A DNA stretch of 25,027 nucleotides from Octopus sinensis (taxonomy: Eukaryota). Shown one piece after another: positions 11,899 through 21,025 of this stretch. Below the pieces are notes generated by a model. That model searched no databases, was not told where the DNA came from, and saw only the letters and a program-made list of their open reading frames with translations. The DNA lies in contig NW_021836241.1 in the NCBI RefSeq assembly GCF_006345805.1, positions 1-25,027 on the forward strand. Reading direction: 5' to 3'. A program made the translations under genes and the position numbers. Position 1 is the stretch's first letter. Every line of letters begins with the position of its first letter.

Positions 11899-12195
11899 GA
11901 GTTTGTTCCTTCTCGTGCCACGGCTGGCTCATAAGGGCCGGTTTCCCGGTTTCCTTCGCGTATAGGTTCCCCACCTGGATGGGACGCCGGTCCGTCGCAG
12001 GTGAGCTGCAATAGGAAAGAGTGAGAGAAAGTTGTGGCGAAAGAGTCAGCAGAAGTTGGCTATCATCTTCTGGCGGAGCCGCGTGGAGCTTAAGTGTTTC
12101 ACTCATAAACGCACACATCGCCCGGTCAGAGATTCGAACCCGCGATCCCTCGACCGCGAGTCCGCTGCTCTAACCACTAGGCCATATGCTTCCAC
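11899..12195 (-). mobile_element. tRNA-SINE: head A + tail Y
   Basis: Reverse complement begins GTGGAAGCATATGGCCTAGTGGTTAGAGCAGCGGACTCGCGGTCGAGGGATCGCGGGTTCGAATC; tail begins CCTGCGACGGACCGGCGTCCCATCCAGG. Perfect 9 bp TSD AATGTACAA (11890-11898 / 12196-12204). Confidence 0.92.
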
Positions 12196-12522
12196 AATGT
12201 ACAATAGGAATATACATAAATATTTTGCCTTGTGATCTGACACGCAGATACGCATATATATATATATGTAGATATGTATTCAGCTGTTAGTCCTGTCAAA
12301 GTTGCGGTTTCTCGATTTACGAGCATACACTTATGTGCAATGAAAAAGCACAGAAATTCTCGGGTGTCTTCGTGACATTACCGTTTGAAAGCTTCAGCTG
12401 GGTCGCGTAAATTACTCGTAGACAGTACACCAAGTGATTATAATCAAGATTGTGATGGGAGACTTTAATGCTGCTAAAGTGGGCAAATATTCCATCAATC
12501 CTGACTGCATTGGTTTAGGTGG

Positions 12523-12912
12523 GGAGGCGCAATGGCCCAGTGGTTAGGGCAGCGGACTCGCGGTCATAGAATGGCGGTTTCGATTCCCAGACCGGGCGTT
12601 GTGAGTGTTTATTGAGCGAAAGCACCTAAAAGCTCCACGAGGCTCCGGCAGGGGATGGTGGTGATTCCTGCTGTACTCTTTCACCACAACTTTCTCTCAC
12701 TCTTACTTCCTATTTCTGTTGTACCTGTATTTCAAGGGGCTGGCCTTGTCACTCTCTGTGTCACGCTGAATATCCTCGAGAACTACGTTAAGGGTGCACG
12801 TGTCTGTGGAGTGCTCAGCCACTTACACGTTAATTTCACGAGCAGGCTGTTCCGTTAATTCGGATCAACCGGAACCCTCATCGTCGTAACCGACGGAGTG
12901 CTTCCTTTTTTA
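12523..12912 (+). mobile_element. tRNA-SINE: head A + full tail X, inserted in the RTE endonuclease
   Basis: A-box TGGCCCAGTGG, B-box GTTTCGATTCC; perfect 11 bp TSD GGTTTAGGTGG (12512-12522 / 12913-12923). Confidence 0.95.
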
Positions 12913-13181
12913 GGTTTAGGTGGACAGAATGAAAGAGGTTCGAATCTCACTGAATTCTGCAAGGCAAAGACTCTAACACTGCAAATACTTTATTCGAACT
13001 CAAGCCGAGGCACCTGTATTCTAGGACAACGATGGATAAAAAAAAATCCCCGCTATCAACTAGATTATATAATGATGAATCGAAAATGGAAGAACAACCT
13101 CAAAAACGCCAAGACAAGGCAAGGAGCTGACTGCAACTCAGGCCATCAACTTTTCATTGCTGATTTCCATATTAGATTAAT

Positions 13182-13425
13182 AAATGCTCTTTCTCAAGCC
13201 ATGCCAGGCTCATAAGGGCCGGTTTCCCGGTTTCAGTGGCGTAGAAATTCCCCACCTGGATGGGACACCGGTCCGTCGCAGGATTACTCATTTTTGCCAG
13301 CTGAGTGGACTGGAGCAACGTGAAAATGAAGTGTTTTGCTCAAGAACACAATGCCTCGCCCGGTACAGGAATCGAAACCACGATCATGAGTTCAACAGCC
13401 TAACCACTAAGCCACGCGCCTCCAC
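13182..13425 (-). mobile_element. tRNA-SINE: head B (CORE/V-like) + tail Y, inserted in the RTE
   Basis: Reverse complement GTGGAGGCGCGTGGCTTAGTGGTTAGG..TTGTGTTCTTGAGCAAAACACTTCATTTTCACGTTGCTCCAGTCCAC..CCTGCGACGGACCGGTGTCCCATCCAGG. 13 bp TSD, 11/13 identical (ATATTAGATTAAT 13169-13181 / ATCTTAGGTTAAT 13426-13438). Confidence 0.92.
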
Positions 13426-13548
13426 ATCTTAGGTTAATGGAAATGTCAAACGATCAAACTCCACCTCAACTTGATCGTTCATCCATATCTGGTGAGTACA
13501 AGATACATATTTCCAAGTATTTTGAGACATTTTATTGTATAGTGAAAC

Positions 13549-13963
13549 TGTACACCCCTCCCGGTAAAAAGTGGTAGAGCCAGCCATTATAAATAGACCA
13601 GTAACCGGTTAGAAGCTAAGGAAGTTCAAGGGTAAAAGCCGGCGGGTCGAACACAAACCTGGGAAAAATATATTATCATTGCAATTTTAAAATACATTTT
13701 TCGATTTCATTATAATCTGTAGTTTCATTCGAATTCATGCTTCCGATATTTTATATGAATTAACCACTGTGTAACCCCGGTCCCTAAATGTTTTTTGTTT
13801 TGTCCTGTACTGTCCCCTCTATGTAAGCCATTTATTGGCATAAAGGAATAAAGGACGTTCGAGGGAAGGTGTAGACTGTGCTGATAGTTGTGGCTTTGTT
13901 GATATAGTAATATTGTGATATTTAGTGGACGTTATAACGATCCAACCTTTTGGGGGTCGTACA
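13549..13963. mobile_element. 415 bp TG...CA insertion with short terminal inverted repeats; candidate solo LTR
   Basis: Starts TGTACACCCC and ends GGGGTCGTACA (reverse complement TGTACGACCCC). Contains TATAAATAG and AATAAA on the + strand and interrupts the RTE linker. No TSD found. Confidence 0.5.
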
Positions 13964-14307
13964 GTGCCAGATAGAACCCTTTTATCGACGACTTCAGAAG
14001 ATAAGAATATATGTCAGAGCGACAAGCGTTGTCAAAGAGGCAAAATGAAGGAGAACACACCATAATTAACACTACCAAGGAGAAATTTCCAAGAAAGAAA
14101 CGAAAGAATATCTGTTGGATATCTAACAAGACCCTAAATAAAGTCGACAAAATAAGGATAGGGGAATCTAAATGATTACACAATGCAACAGACTAAGATA
14201 TTAAATCCAAAATGCGACCATCTAACGGATAATGAGGAGAGATAAAGAAAGGCAAATAAACGAACAATACCTACTCGTAGAAGTCAAATCAAATAGCTCA
14301 ATATATA

Positions 14308-14540
14308 TATTTCTTTACTACCCACATAAGGCTAAACACAGAGAGGACAAACAAAGACAGACAAACGGATTAAGTCGATTATATCGAACCCAGTGCGTAA
14401 TTGGTGCCTATTGAATCGACCCCGAAAGGATGAAAGGCAAAATCGACCTCGGCGGAATTTGAACCCAGAACGTAACGGCAGACGAAATACTTCTAAGCAT
14501 TTCGTCCGGCGTGCTAACGTTTCTGCCAGCTCGCCGCCTT
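14308..14540 (-). mobile_element. SINE family M, full length
   Basis: Reverse complement from AAGGCGGCGAGCTGGCAG to TGTGGGTAGTAAAGAAATA. Confidence 0.92.
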
Positions 14541-14781
14541 CGGCAGACGAAATGTCTATTTCTTTACTACCCACAAGGGGGTAAACACGGAGAGGACAAA
14601 CAAGGACAGACAAACGGATTAAGTCGATTATATCAACCCCAGTGCGTAACTGGTACTTATTTAATCGACCCCGAGAGGATGAAAGGCGAAGTCGACCTCG
14701 GCAGAATTTGAACTCAGAACGTAGCGGCAGACAAAATACCGCAAAGCATTTCGCCCGGTGTGCTAACGTTTCTGCCAGCTC
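14541..14781 (-). mobile_element. SINE family M with a 16 bp stub of a second tandem unit
   Basis: Near full copy 14557-14781; its tail is followed by GACATTTCGTCTGCCG (14556-14541 on the minus strand), the same junction seen at 10998 and 11182. Confidence 0.9.
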
Positions 14782-15244
14782 ATTGAACAAAGTATTTCTT
14801 TCCAGCACACAGCATTGAAGCTATCATAATCATGCCACCCAAATTTTTCGTACAATCGATCTAGAATTATCTAAAATATTAATCCAGGAGTACATGTTTT
14901 GAGATGTTTGCAGTTATTTCCACAACATCGAAACACCAAGTAGATAAGATATCGTCCGATTGCTGAACAATTCATGCCTGTTTTAGGTTGAAGTCGGATT
15001 TCCCTAAAACCCTACATCTGGCACCAAATCACACAATATGTCGCTCGTTTTTGGATACGCAACATTGTCCTCAGCATGAATATATGAATATTGCATTTTT
15101 CTAATGTTGTGTGGAAAGACAAAGGAAGGAAGGTTTTGTGGTTCAAAAATGAATTTCATTTCTGATGTGTTGTTATATATTCTGATATATTGTTGTACCA
15201 ATTCTTTTGATCTCTCATCCAGGACAGTTTTGACTGACAACCGT

Positions 15245-15362
15245 TTTGCCTTTCATTCTTTAGGGATCGATAAACTAAGCACCAGTTGAGCACTGGGGGT
15301 CAATGAAATCAATTTACCTCCCCCCACCAGAAATTGCTGGCTTTGTGCCAGAATTTTAAACC
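15245..15362 (+). mobile_element. 5'-truncated decayed SINE family M with the alternative tail
   Basis: TTTGCCTTTCATTCTTTAGGGATCGATAAACTAAGCACCAGTTGAGCACTGGGGGTC..CCTCCCCCACCAGAAATTGCTGGCTTTGTGCC. Confidence 0.8.
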
Positions 15363-15761
15363 AAAAGAGGAAAATGAGTGATTCGAGTATTTATGAATGA
15401 AATTTATCGTGCCATAAATTGTTGACCACCTAAAATAATGCAACTCAACAAGAACCAAATTTTTAACTGCCTCACTTCACTCTGACATAGCGGCAACGTT
15501 AACTTGGCAAATTCTAACTCTAATACAAGAAATGAAAATAGCCGTGAGGGTCACCCTGGCCACAAATTACAGCAATTCGTCATTTTCTTGAATGTGGCCG
15601 TGTCATTCGTGTTCAGAGACGCAAAACAACTGCGTTTTGGATTTGGTTTGCAAGATTCTTTACGAGTTCGTGTGTTCAAGCATATTCTGTTGTGTCTGGG
15701 GAGAGTCATTCTCTTTTGGTACCTTATAATTTAACGCATTATCAACAGTTACTAAATATTT

Positions 15762-15781
15762 TCTCTCTCTCTCTCTCTCTC

Positions 15782-15819
<38 letters not shown>

Positions 15820-15925
15820 CATAGATAGATAGATATATGCATAGATATATATATAGATAGATAGATATATGCATGTATGTATATATGTATATGTATGCAT
15901 ATATATGCATTCTTGTATATTCTCA
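15762..15925. repeat. (CT)n-(AT)n-(AGAT)n compound microsatellite
   Basis: Directly visible. Confidence 0.9.
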
Positions 15926-16437
15926 TGCATAAATATATCTTTTAAAAAATCAAGATTGTTACTTAAAAATGAAGTGCTACCAATTATTTCTGATAGAACG
16001 CGTATATTCATATATAACACGCATGCTTGCCCCGCGGACGTACACTGGAACTGGATACAGTTATTTCTGGCCAAAGCAAGATACGAACCCGGCGCCTTCC
16101 CCTTCGCATTTTTAGCTGGTGCAGCATCACGACGTCAGCCACTTGTCTCAGCTGTCATTGCTGTTGAATGTAACAGGTTTTACTCCCACTGTTCATCCGC
16201 CGTCACTTATTGTACTGCAACTTTGTACTACAATCGTGTTATTGATTGTTTCATGAATATATTTACACACAAACACACTTTATCGTTTGTTATTTCAACA
16301 AAGGCAGCAAATATTCCTGTTTCTCGCACTCTTCCTTTCTCCGTCTCTCTGTCTGTCTGTCTGTCTCTCTCTACCCCTTACACACACACATGCACGCACA
16401 CACAAATACACCAGCATGTATTAGATCTATAAACATA

Positions 16438-16676
16438 TAAGGTAGCGAGCTGGCAGAATCGTTAGCACGCTGGGCGAAATGCTTTGCGGTATTTCGTCTG
16501 CCGTTACGTTCTGAGTTCAAATTCCGCCGAGGTCGACTTTGCCTTTCATTCTTTCGGGGTCGATAAATTAAGTACCAGTTTACGCACTGGGGTCGGTATA
16601 ATCGACTTAATCCCTTTGTCTGTCCTTGTTTGTCCCCTCTATGTTTAGCCCCTTGTGGGTAATAAAGAAACAGATA
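16438..16676 (+). mobile_element. SINE family M, full length
   Basis: Head AAGGTAGCGAGCTGGCAGAATCGTTAGC; perfect 10 bp TSD TATAAACATA (16428-16437 / 16677-16686). Confidence 0.95.
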
Positions 16677-16987
16677 TATAAACATACGCATACACTTTTT
16701 CATTCTCCTCCGATATATGTATGACTTCGTTAATCTGTCTATCACGCTATTTATTTATGTAGAGGAAACTTTACCCGTGTGCGTATGTATGCATATGCTT
16801 ATGTAAGCACGTACGTGTGTGGGTCTGTGGGTGTGTGCATGTATGTATGTATGTATGTATGTATGTATAAATGGATGGATGGATGGAATTTTCATTTTCC
16901 TTCGAAACAATTTCTGCAATTCTCATTCCATTCTGTTTTGTCTCCCACAATAATTTTCTCTTTGCACACACACACACACACACACAC

Positions 16988-17030
<43 letters not shown>

Positions 17031-17149
17031 ATATATATATATATGCATTTAGGTTTGTGCATGTATGAATGCACGCACGCATATATGTATTGTATGTATG
17101 TTGCACAAGGACATAGAAATAATCGGACTGAATACCCGATCGCGCGGTT

Positions 17150-17360
17150 AAACCATTGGGAGTGAAGGACTCTTAGCCTTTGCAAGGGCATCCTTCTAGG
17201 AGAAGGTAACTCAGGTAACTGGGATAACTCCCACATAATACCTGCAGCTCAGTGGTTACTGATGATGTTGACTTGTTCTTCTTTTCGGATTATGGCTGCT
17301 GTTGCTTGGTGAGTGGGATTGACTCAGTGCACAGCCTTTCTTCACTTTAAAAATAAATCT
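17150..17360 (+). mobile_element. Probable repeat fragment resembling the 5' region of RTE-type LINEs
   Basis: GCAAGGGCATCCTTCTAGGAGAAGGTAACTC recalls the GGCAACCAGTCTAGGAGAAGGAAAACTC motif near RTE 5' ends (from memory; not aligned). Confidence 0.3.
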
Positions 17361-17514
17361 TCTTGCACAGGCATTGCACGATAACAACATCGATTAAGCT
17401 TCGTGCAATGGCCATACTCGATAACGAGGGGGCATCCACTATGTATGTATAGGGGATTGTATGTATATGTGCAGTGTGTCTAAGTTTGTGTCAGAAAAAT
17501 TTGCGATATTTCTT

Positions 17515-17600
17515 CCAGATCTTTACGTTCTGGTTTCAGTACCAGTTTTGGTGAACTTTATTTGTCAAGCTTTCGGAATCGATAAAATCTCAGTACCAAT
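17515..17600 (+). mobile_element. Very old SINE family M remnant, next to the RTE 3' end
   Basis: TTTACGTTCTGGTTTCAG..CTTTCGGAATCGATAAAATCTCAGTACCA resembles TACGTTCTGAGTTCAA..CTTTCGGGGTCGATAAATTAAGTACCA. Confidence 0.5.
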
Positions 17601-17601
17601 A

Positions 17602-19113
17602 CTACTTACTTACTTGTACTTGTGGCGACATTCACCCTGGGCGGGTTGAGTCGGCTTCTTCCACCACCCTCGAGGTATCTCGAACCATGGCAGTGCTAAG
17701 AGGGTGGGTGCATCATAGTGTCCTTGCTTTACTCCATTCTCAACGGTAAAAGATTCAGAGAGCCTACCACCAAAATTAACTCTAGCTTTCATATCATGAT
17801 GCAAAGCTCTGACCATGTTTACAAATTTTTCTGGGCAACGTATTTTCCTTAGAATTAGCCACAGAGCATTTCGATTAATTGTATCGAATGCTTCGCTCAA
17901 ATCAACAAAGCAATGGTCTAGAGCAAGATTCTGTTCAATTCACTGTTCTTGAAATTGTCTGATAGTAAAGATAGAATCAGCTCTGCCCCTGGAGGAACGA
18001 AAACCACACTGAGACTCAGACATTATATTTGGAACTATAAAGGTATTTAAAAGTTCTAACAAAATGCGGGCAAGTACCTTTCCAACCACAGACAAAAGCG
18101 AAATCCCACGAAAATTAACACACAGATCCTTTGGCCCCGACTAAAATGTCCAACAGTGACAGATTGATATATTTAAGAGTTCAAACATTTTGTCCCCCCC
18201 CCCATATTTCAAGACTTCTGCACAGATTCCATCAGACCCAGGAGGCCTACTGTTATTCAGCTTATTCACAGCTAAATAAATGTCGTTTAGAGTTGGTTCA
18301 AATGCCATCTCTTCTATAACTGGAAGGTGTTCGATTTTTTCTATTGTCCTCTTGTCAACGGATGATGGTCTATCCAAAAGTGCGGAAAAATGTTCTACCC
18401 AACGCTTATGAATAGAAGCGGTGTCAGTCAGAAGCAAACGTCTATTTGCTATTCTCACTGGAGCTATTGAAGATTTTGGGCCATATATCTCCTTAGCATA
18501 AGAGTACAAACCCTTGCCATCATTTCTATCAGCTGCTTCTTGTGCCCCTTTTGCTCTATCATTCCACCATTCCTGTTTAATTTTCCTCAGAGCAAGCTGC
18601 ACTTTCCTTAACAGCTTTCTGTAAGTTTCATTTGAGCTAGGGGTTCAAGGAATGAAAAAGAAGTGTATTGCCTAAGTTTTGGTTTTCTAAAAGTAGATCA
18701 TGCATTTCTGCTGATCTTTCTGACAACCAGTCACTGGACTTACGTGGTTTAAATCCCACTGATGAACTTGCAGCCTGAAATACTTTTGTTTTGAAATCTT
18801 CCCATAGATTCTTTGGGTCAAGATTGAGACTTTCTATAGCAACGTAGACTCTTTGCAAGTTCCTTGGTAATTTAAAGTTTGCAACATTTAACTTTTTGGG
18901 CACCTCAGGACCAGAGTGTCGATTTTTAGGTGTTGTCGAAAAATCTATTTTTCCACGCACTAGATGATGGTCAGTCCAGCTCTCTGCCCCTCTCATGGCC
19001 CGAACGCTAGAAACGTCTTTCGTATCACATTTTCTGATCAGAATATAATCTATGAGATGCCAGTGCTTAGACCTTGGGTGCATCCAGGTGGTTTTATATT
19101 TATTTTTCTGCTT
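17602..19113 (-). pseudogene. Decayed RTE/BovB-type LINE: EN C-terminus, linker and RT N-half fused to the 3' tail
   Basis: KTTWMHPRSKHWHLIDYILIR..RAMRGAESWTDHHLV (APE endonuclease); WWNDRAK..RWVEHFSALL..PGSDGICAEVLKYGG (linker); NFRGISLLSVVGKVLARIL..SESQCGFR..FVDLSEAFDTINR..GVKQG..APTL (RT motifs), with in-frame stops. Ends in a (TAAG)n-like tail at 17602-17621. Confidence 0.93.
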
Positions 19114-19704
19114 ATGTGTGTGTGTATGTGCACACGCGTGTATGTGTGCGTGAAACTCTATCTGTCTGTATGCGTACGTATACCGGTGCAACACGGCATC
19201 TCGAGTTGCGTTTAATATACGCAAATGAAAAAAACAACATAACCAACCGTTAAATAAATATCCATCAAAGTAAATACGAAGCGAAAATATGGTAGAAATG
19301 TCGATATGACCGAATATATACCCGTCAATGCGGTACCACTTGATGTCCACGGTTCAGTGACTGAGACACGAATGGGAGAATCGTGGAGCTGTTGCATGGT
19401 AAATGAAATCTGAATCGTTTATGTAGCATTTGTGAAATAAATCGAAAAAGAATTGACCGTACGTATAGACTCAGACTATAGCAAATGTAGAATGGAAGTT
19501 TACAGACAATTAGATGATGAATTGTTGGGTGGAGATGACAGGGAACCCTATTCGAGATCTCTGTGTAGATTACTGACAGCTGTTTGAACGTGGGTGTGCT
19601 GCAGTTAGGAAGTGAGTCTTGGTTGAGTAGCGAAGCGAGAGAAGGGTAACATATGCTGAGTACTTTCCTACTAAAAGAAAAAAGAGAATATAACAACAAC
19701 CACA

Positions 19705-20094
19705 GCAATGGCCCAATGGTTAGGGCAGCGGACTCGCGGTCGGAGGATCGCGGTTTCGATTCCTTGACCGGGCGTTGTGTGTGTTTATTGAGCGAAAACA
19801 CCTAAAGCTCCATGAGGCTCCGGCAGGGGGTGGTGGCGACCCCTGTTGTACTCTTTCGCTCCAACTTTCTCTCACTCTTTCTTCCTGTTTCTTGTCCCCG
19901 ACTTCCTACGCAACCACTGAGCCTGGATGCGCATTCATCCATCCGTCGATGCTCTCGATGTCGGGGGTTGACCTGCCTTCTCTTCTGCGGGTCTTACGAA
20001 TAGCAAATGACCACGTTTCGGACTCCTCCCATCTTGCGAGCTCTGGGACGAAGACCGTTCGCTCAACAGCAACAGCAACGACAACAACAACAAC
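19705..20094 (+). mobile_element. tRNA-SINE: head A + tail W ending in (CAA)n
   Basis: GCAATGGCCCAATGGTTAGGGCAGCGGACTCGCGGTCGGAGGATCGCGGTTTCGATTCC; colinear with 12523 to about 19891, then about 170 nt unrelated to tails X, Y and Z, then CAA repeats. Confidence 0.85.
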
Positions 20095-20164
20095 ATTAAC
20101 GACAACAATGATGACGGCAGCAACAAGAGTCATAATAATAATTCTTTCCACTATTGGTAAAGGT

Positions 20165-20351
20165 GTGAAAATGGTGTGGGGAAGGGTCTGGTCGATTACA
20201 TCGACCTCATTGTTCGACTGGTACATCTTTCATCAACCCCGAAAAGCTGGAAAGGCAAAGTCGACCTCGGCGGGTTTTGTACTTAGAAAGCAGACGAAAT
20301 GCCGCTAAGCATTTTGTCCGGCGTGGTAAAAAAATCTGCTTGCTCGCTGCC
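20165..20351 (-). mobile_element. Decayed SINE family M with the alternative tail
   Basis: GAAAGGCAAAGTCGACCTCGGCGG and GCAGACGAAATGCCGCTAAGCATTTTGTCCGGCG are the reverse complement of the family M core. Confidence 0.8.
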
Positions 20352-20494
20352 ATGATAATCCTTTCTACAAAAGATACAAGGCCCAACGTGAAATAAAGCG
20401 TCTTGCTCAAGAACACAACACGCAGCCCGGTCCGGGATTCGAACTCATAACCTCACGATCGCAAGCTCGACGCTTTAACCACTGAGCCGTGCGC
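20352..20494 (-). mobile_element. tRNA-SINE head B with a short tail stub
   Basis: Reverse complement CGGCTCAGTGGTTAAAGCGTCGAGCTTGCGATCGTGAGGTTATGAGTTCGAATCCCGGACCGGG..TTGTGTTCTTGAGCAAGACGCTT; A- and B-boxes plus the CORE/V-like motif. Confidence 0.8.
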
Positions 20495-21025
20495 AGTTTC
20501 GACAAGGAATTCACATGCTAAATACGGTTGAAAGCTCTACTGATGTAGAGGGTAACAACAACAGTCTCATCAATTTTGGCCAAGGCAAGAGTCTACTAAT
20601 GGTTGACAAGGAAGAGATGGTCACAAGTGGATCTAGCTTTATTTTGGTCGTTAGGAAAGAAAGAGGGAGAGGAGGAGATTCATGTTGGAAGATATCATTG
20701 TTAAAGGTTGTCTTCATAAAGAGCTAGAGTAGAAGTTATTAGAATCTGGTACAGCGCAACGTGTTTCCAAAGATTCGGTTAGATTCCTGGAGAGAGGGAC
20801 CGACAGCCTGGTGTGTATAGGGCTTGCTTTAGTGCCAAATAACAGAAGGAAATATAAGAGTCAGCTGAAGGTTGTGATATTAGTTTTGCGTAACTGAAGT
20901 TTCTTTCCACACTTCTTGTGCGTGGATGGCAGAGACAGTAGTGTGGGGAGGGAAAAAAATTGGGGAAATTTGTAAAGTATGTCGAGTGTAGAGTTAACTG
21001 GAAAACGATCAGCGAAAGCTTTCCC

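Larger units (their letters stand above)
12415..14295 (+). pseudogene. Decayed RTE-clade LINE: APE endonuclease C-half and EN-RT linker, interrupted by three insertions
   Basis: Stitched translation IKIVMGDFNAAKVG..IGLGGQNERGSNLTEFCK..(+1 frame)ANTLF..PRHLYS..YQLDYIMMNRKW..AKTRQGADCNSGHQLFIADFH(I/L)RLMEMSNDQTPPQLDRSSISGEYKIHISKYFETF, then HTIINTTKEKFPRKKRKNICWISNKTL..RRDKERQINEQ. These match RTE/BovB-type motifs (GDFNAKVG, GERNERG, NQIDY, GADCGSDH, W(L/I)S, ARRDK..QC). Confidence 0.88.

Noticed and set aside
12523-12595. tRNA-like sequences here and at 3705, 12120-12195, 19705 and 20420-20494
   Set aside because: They have A- and B-boxes but no paired acceptor stem and run into SINE bodies; these are SINE heads, not tRNA genes.
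13433-13491. Apparent exon with acceptor ATCTTAG and perfect donor CTG|GTGAGT (LMEMSNDQTPPQLDRSSIS)
   Set aside because: It is the in-frame continuation of the RTE linker after the SINE's TSD, and the frame continues past the donor. Exonisation is not excluded but nothing supports it.
15004-15240. 78 aa non-repetitive minus-strand ORF (SVKTVLDERSKELVQQY...) with a possible GTAGGT donor
   Set aside because: TTG start abutting a SINE remnant, purine-rich acceptor context and no recognisable motif; a BLASTP hit or spliced reads would be needed.
17612-17690. Possibility that this RTE 3' tail is the source of SINE tails X, Y, Z or W
   Set aside because: No visible similarity to any of the four tail ends.
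20515-20727. 70 aa ORF MLNTVESSTDVEG...
   Set aside because: No recognisable domain or splice context; length is within chance expectation.
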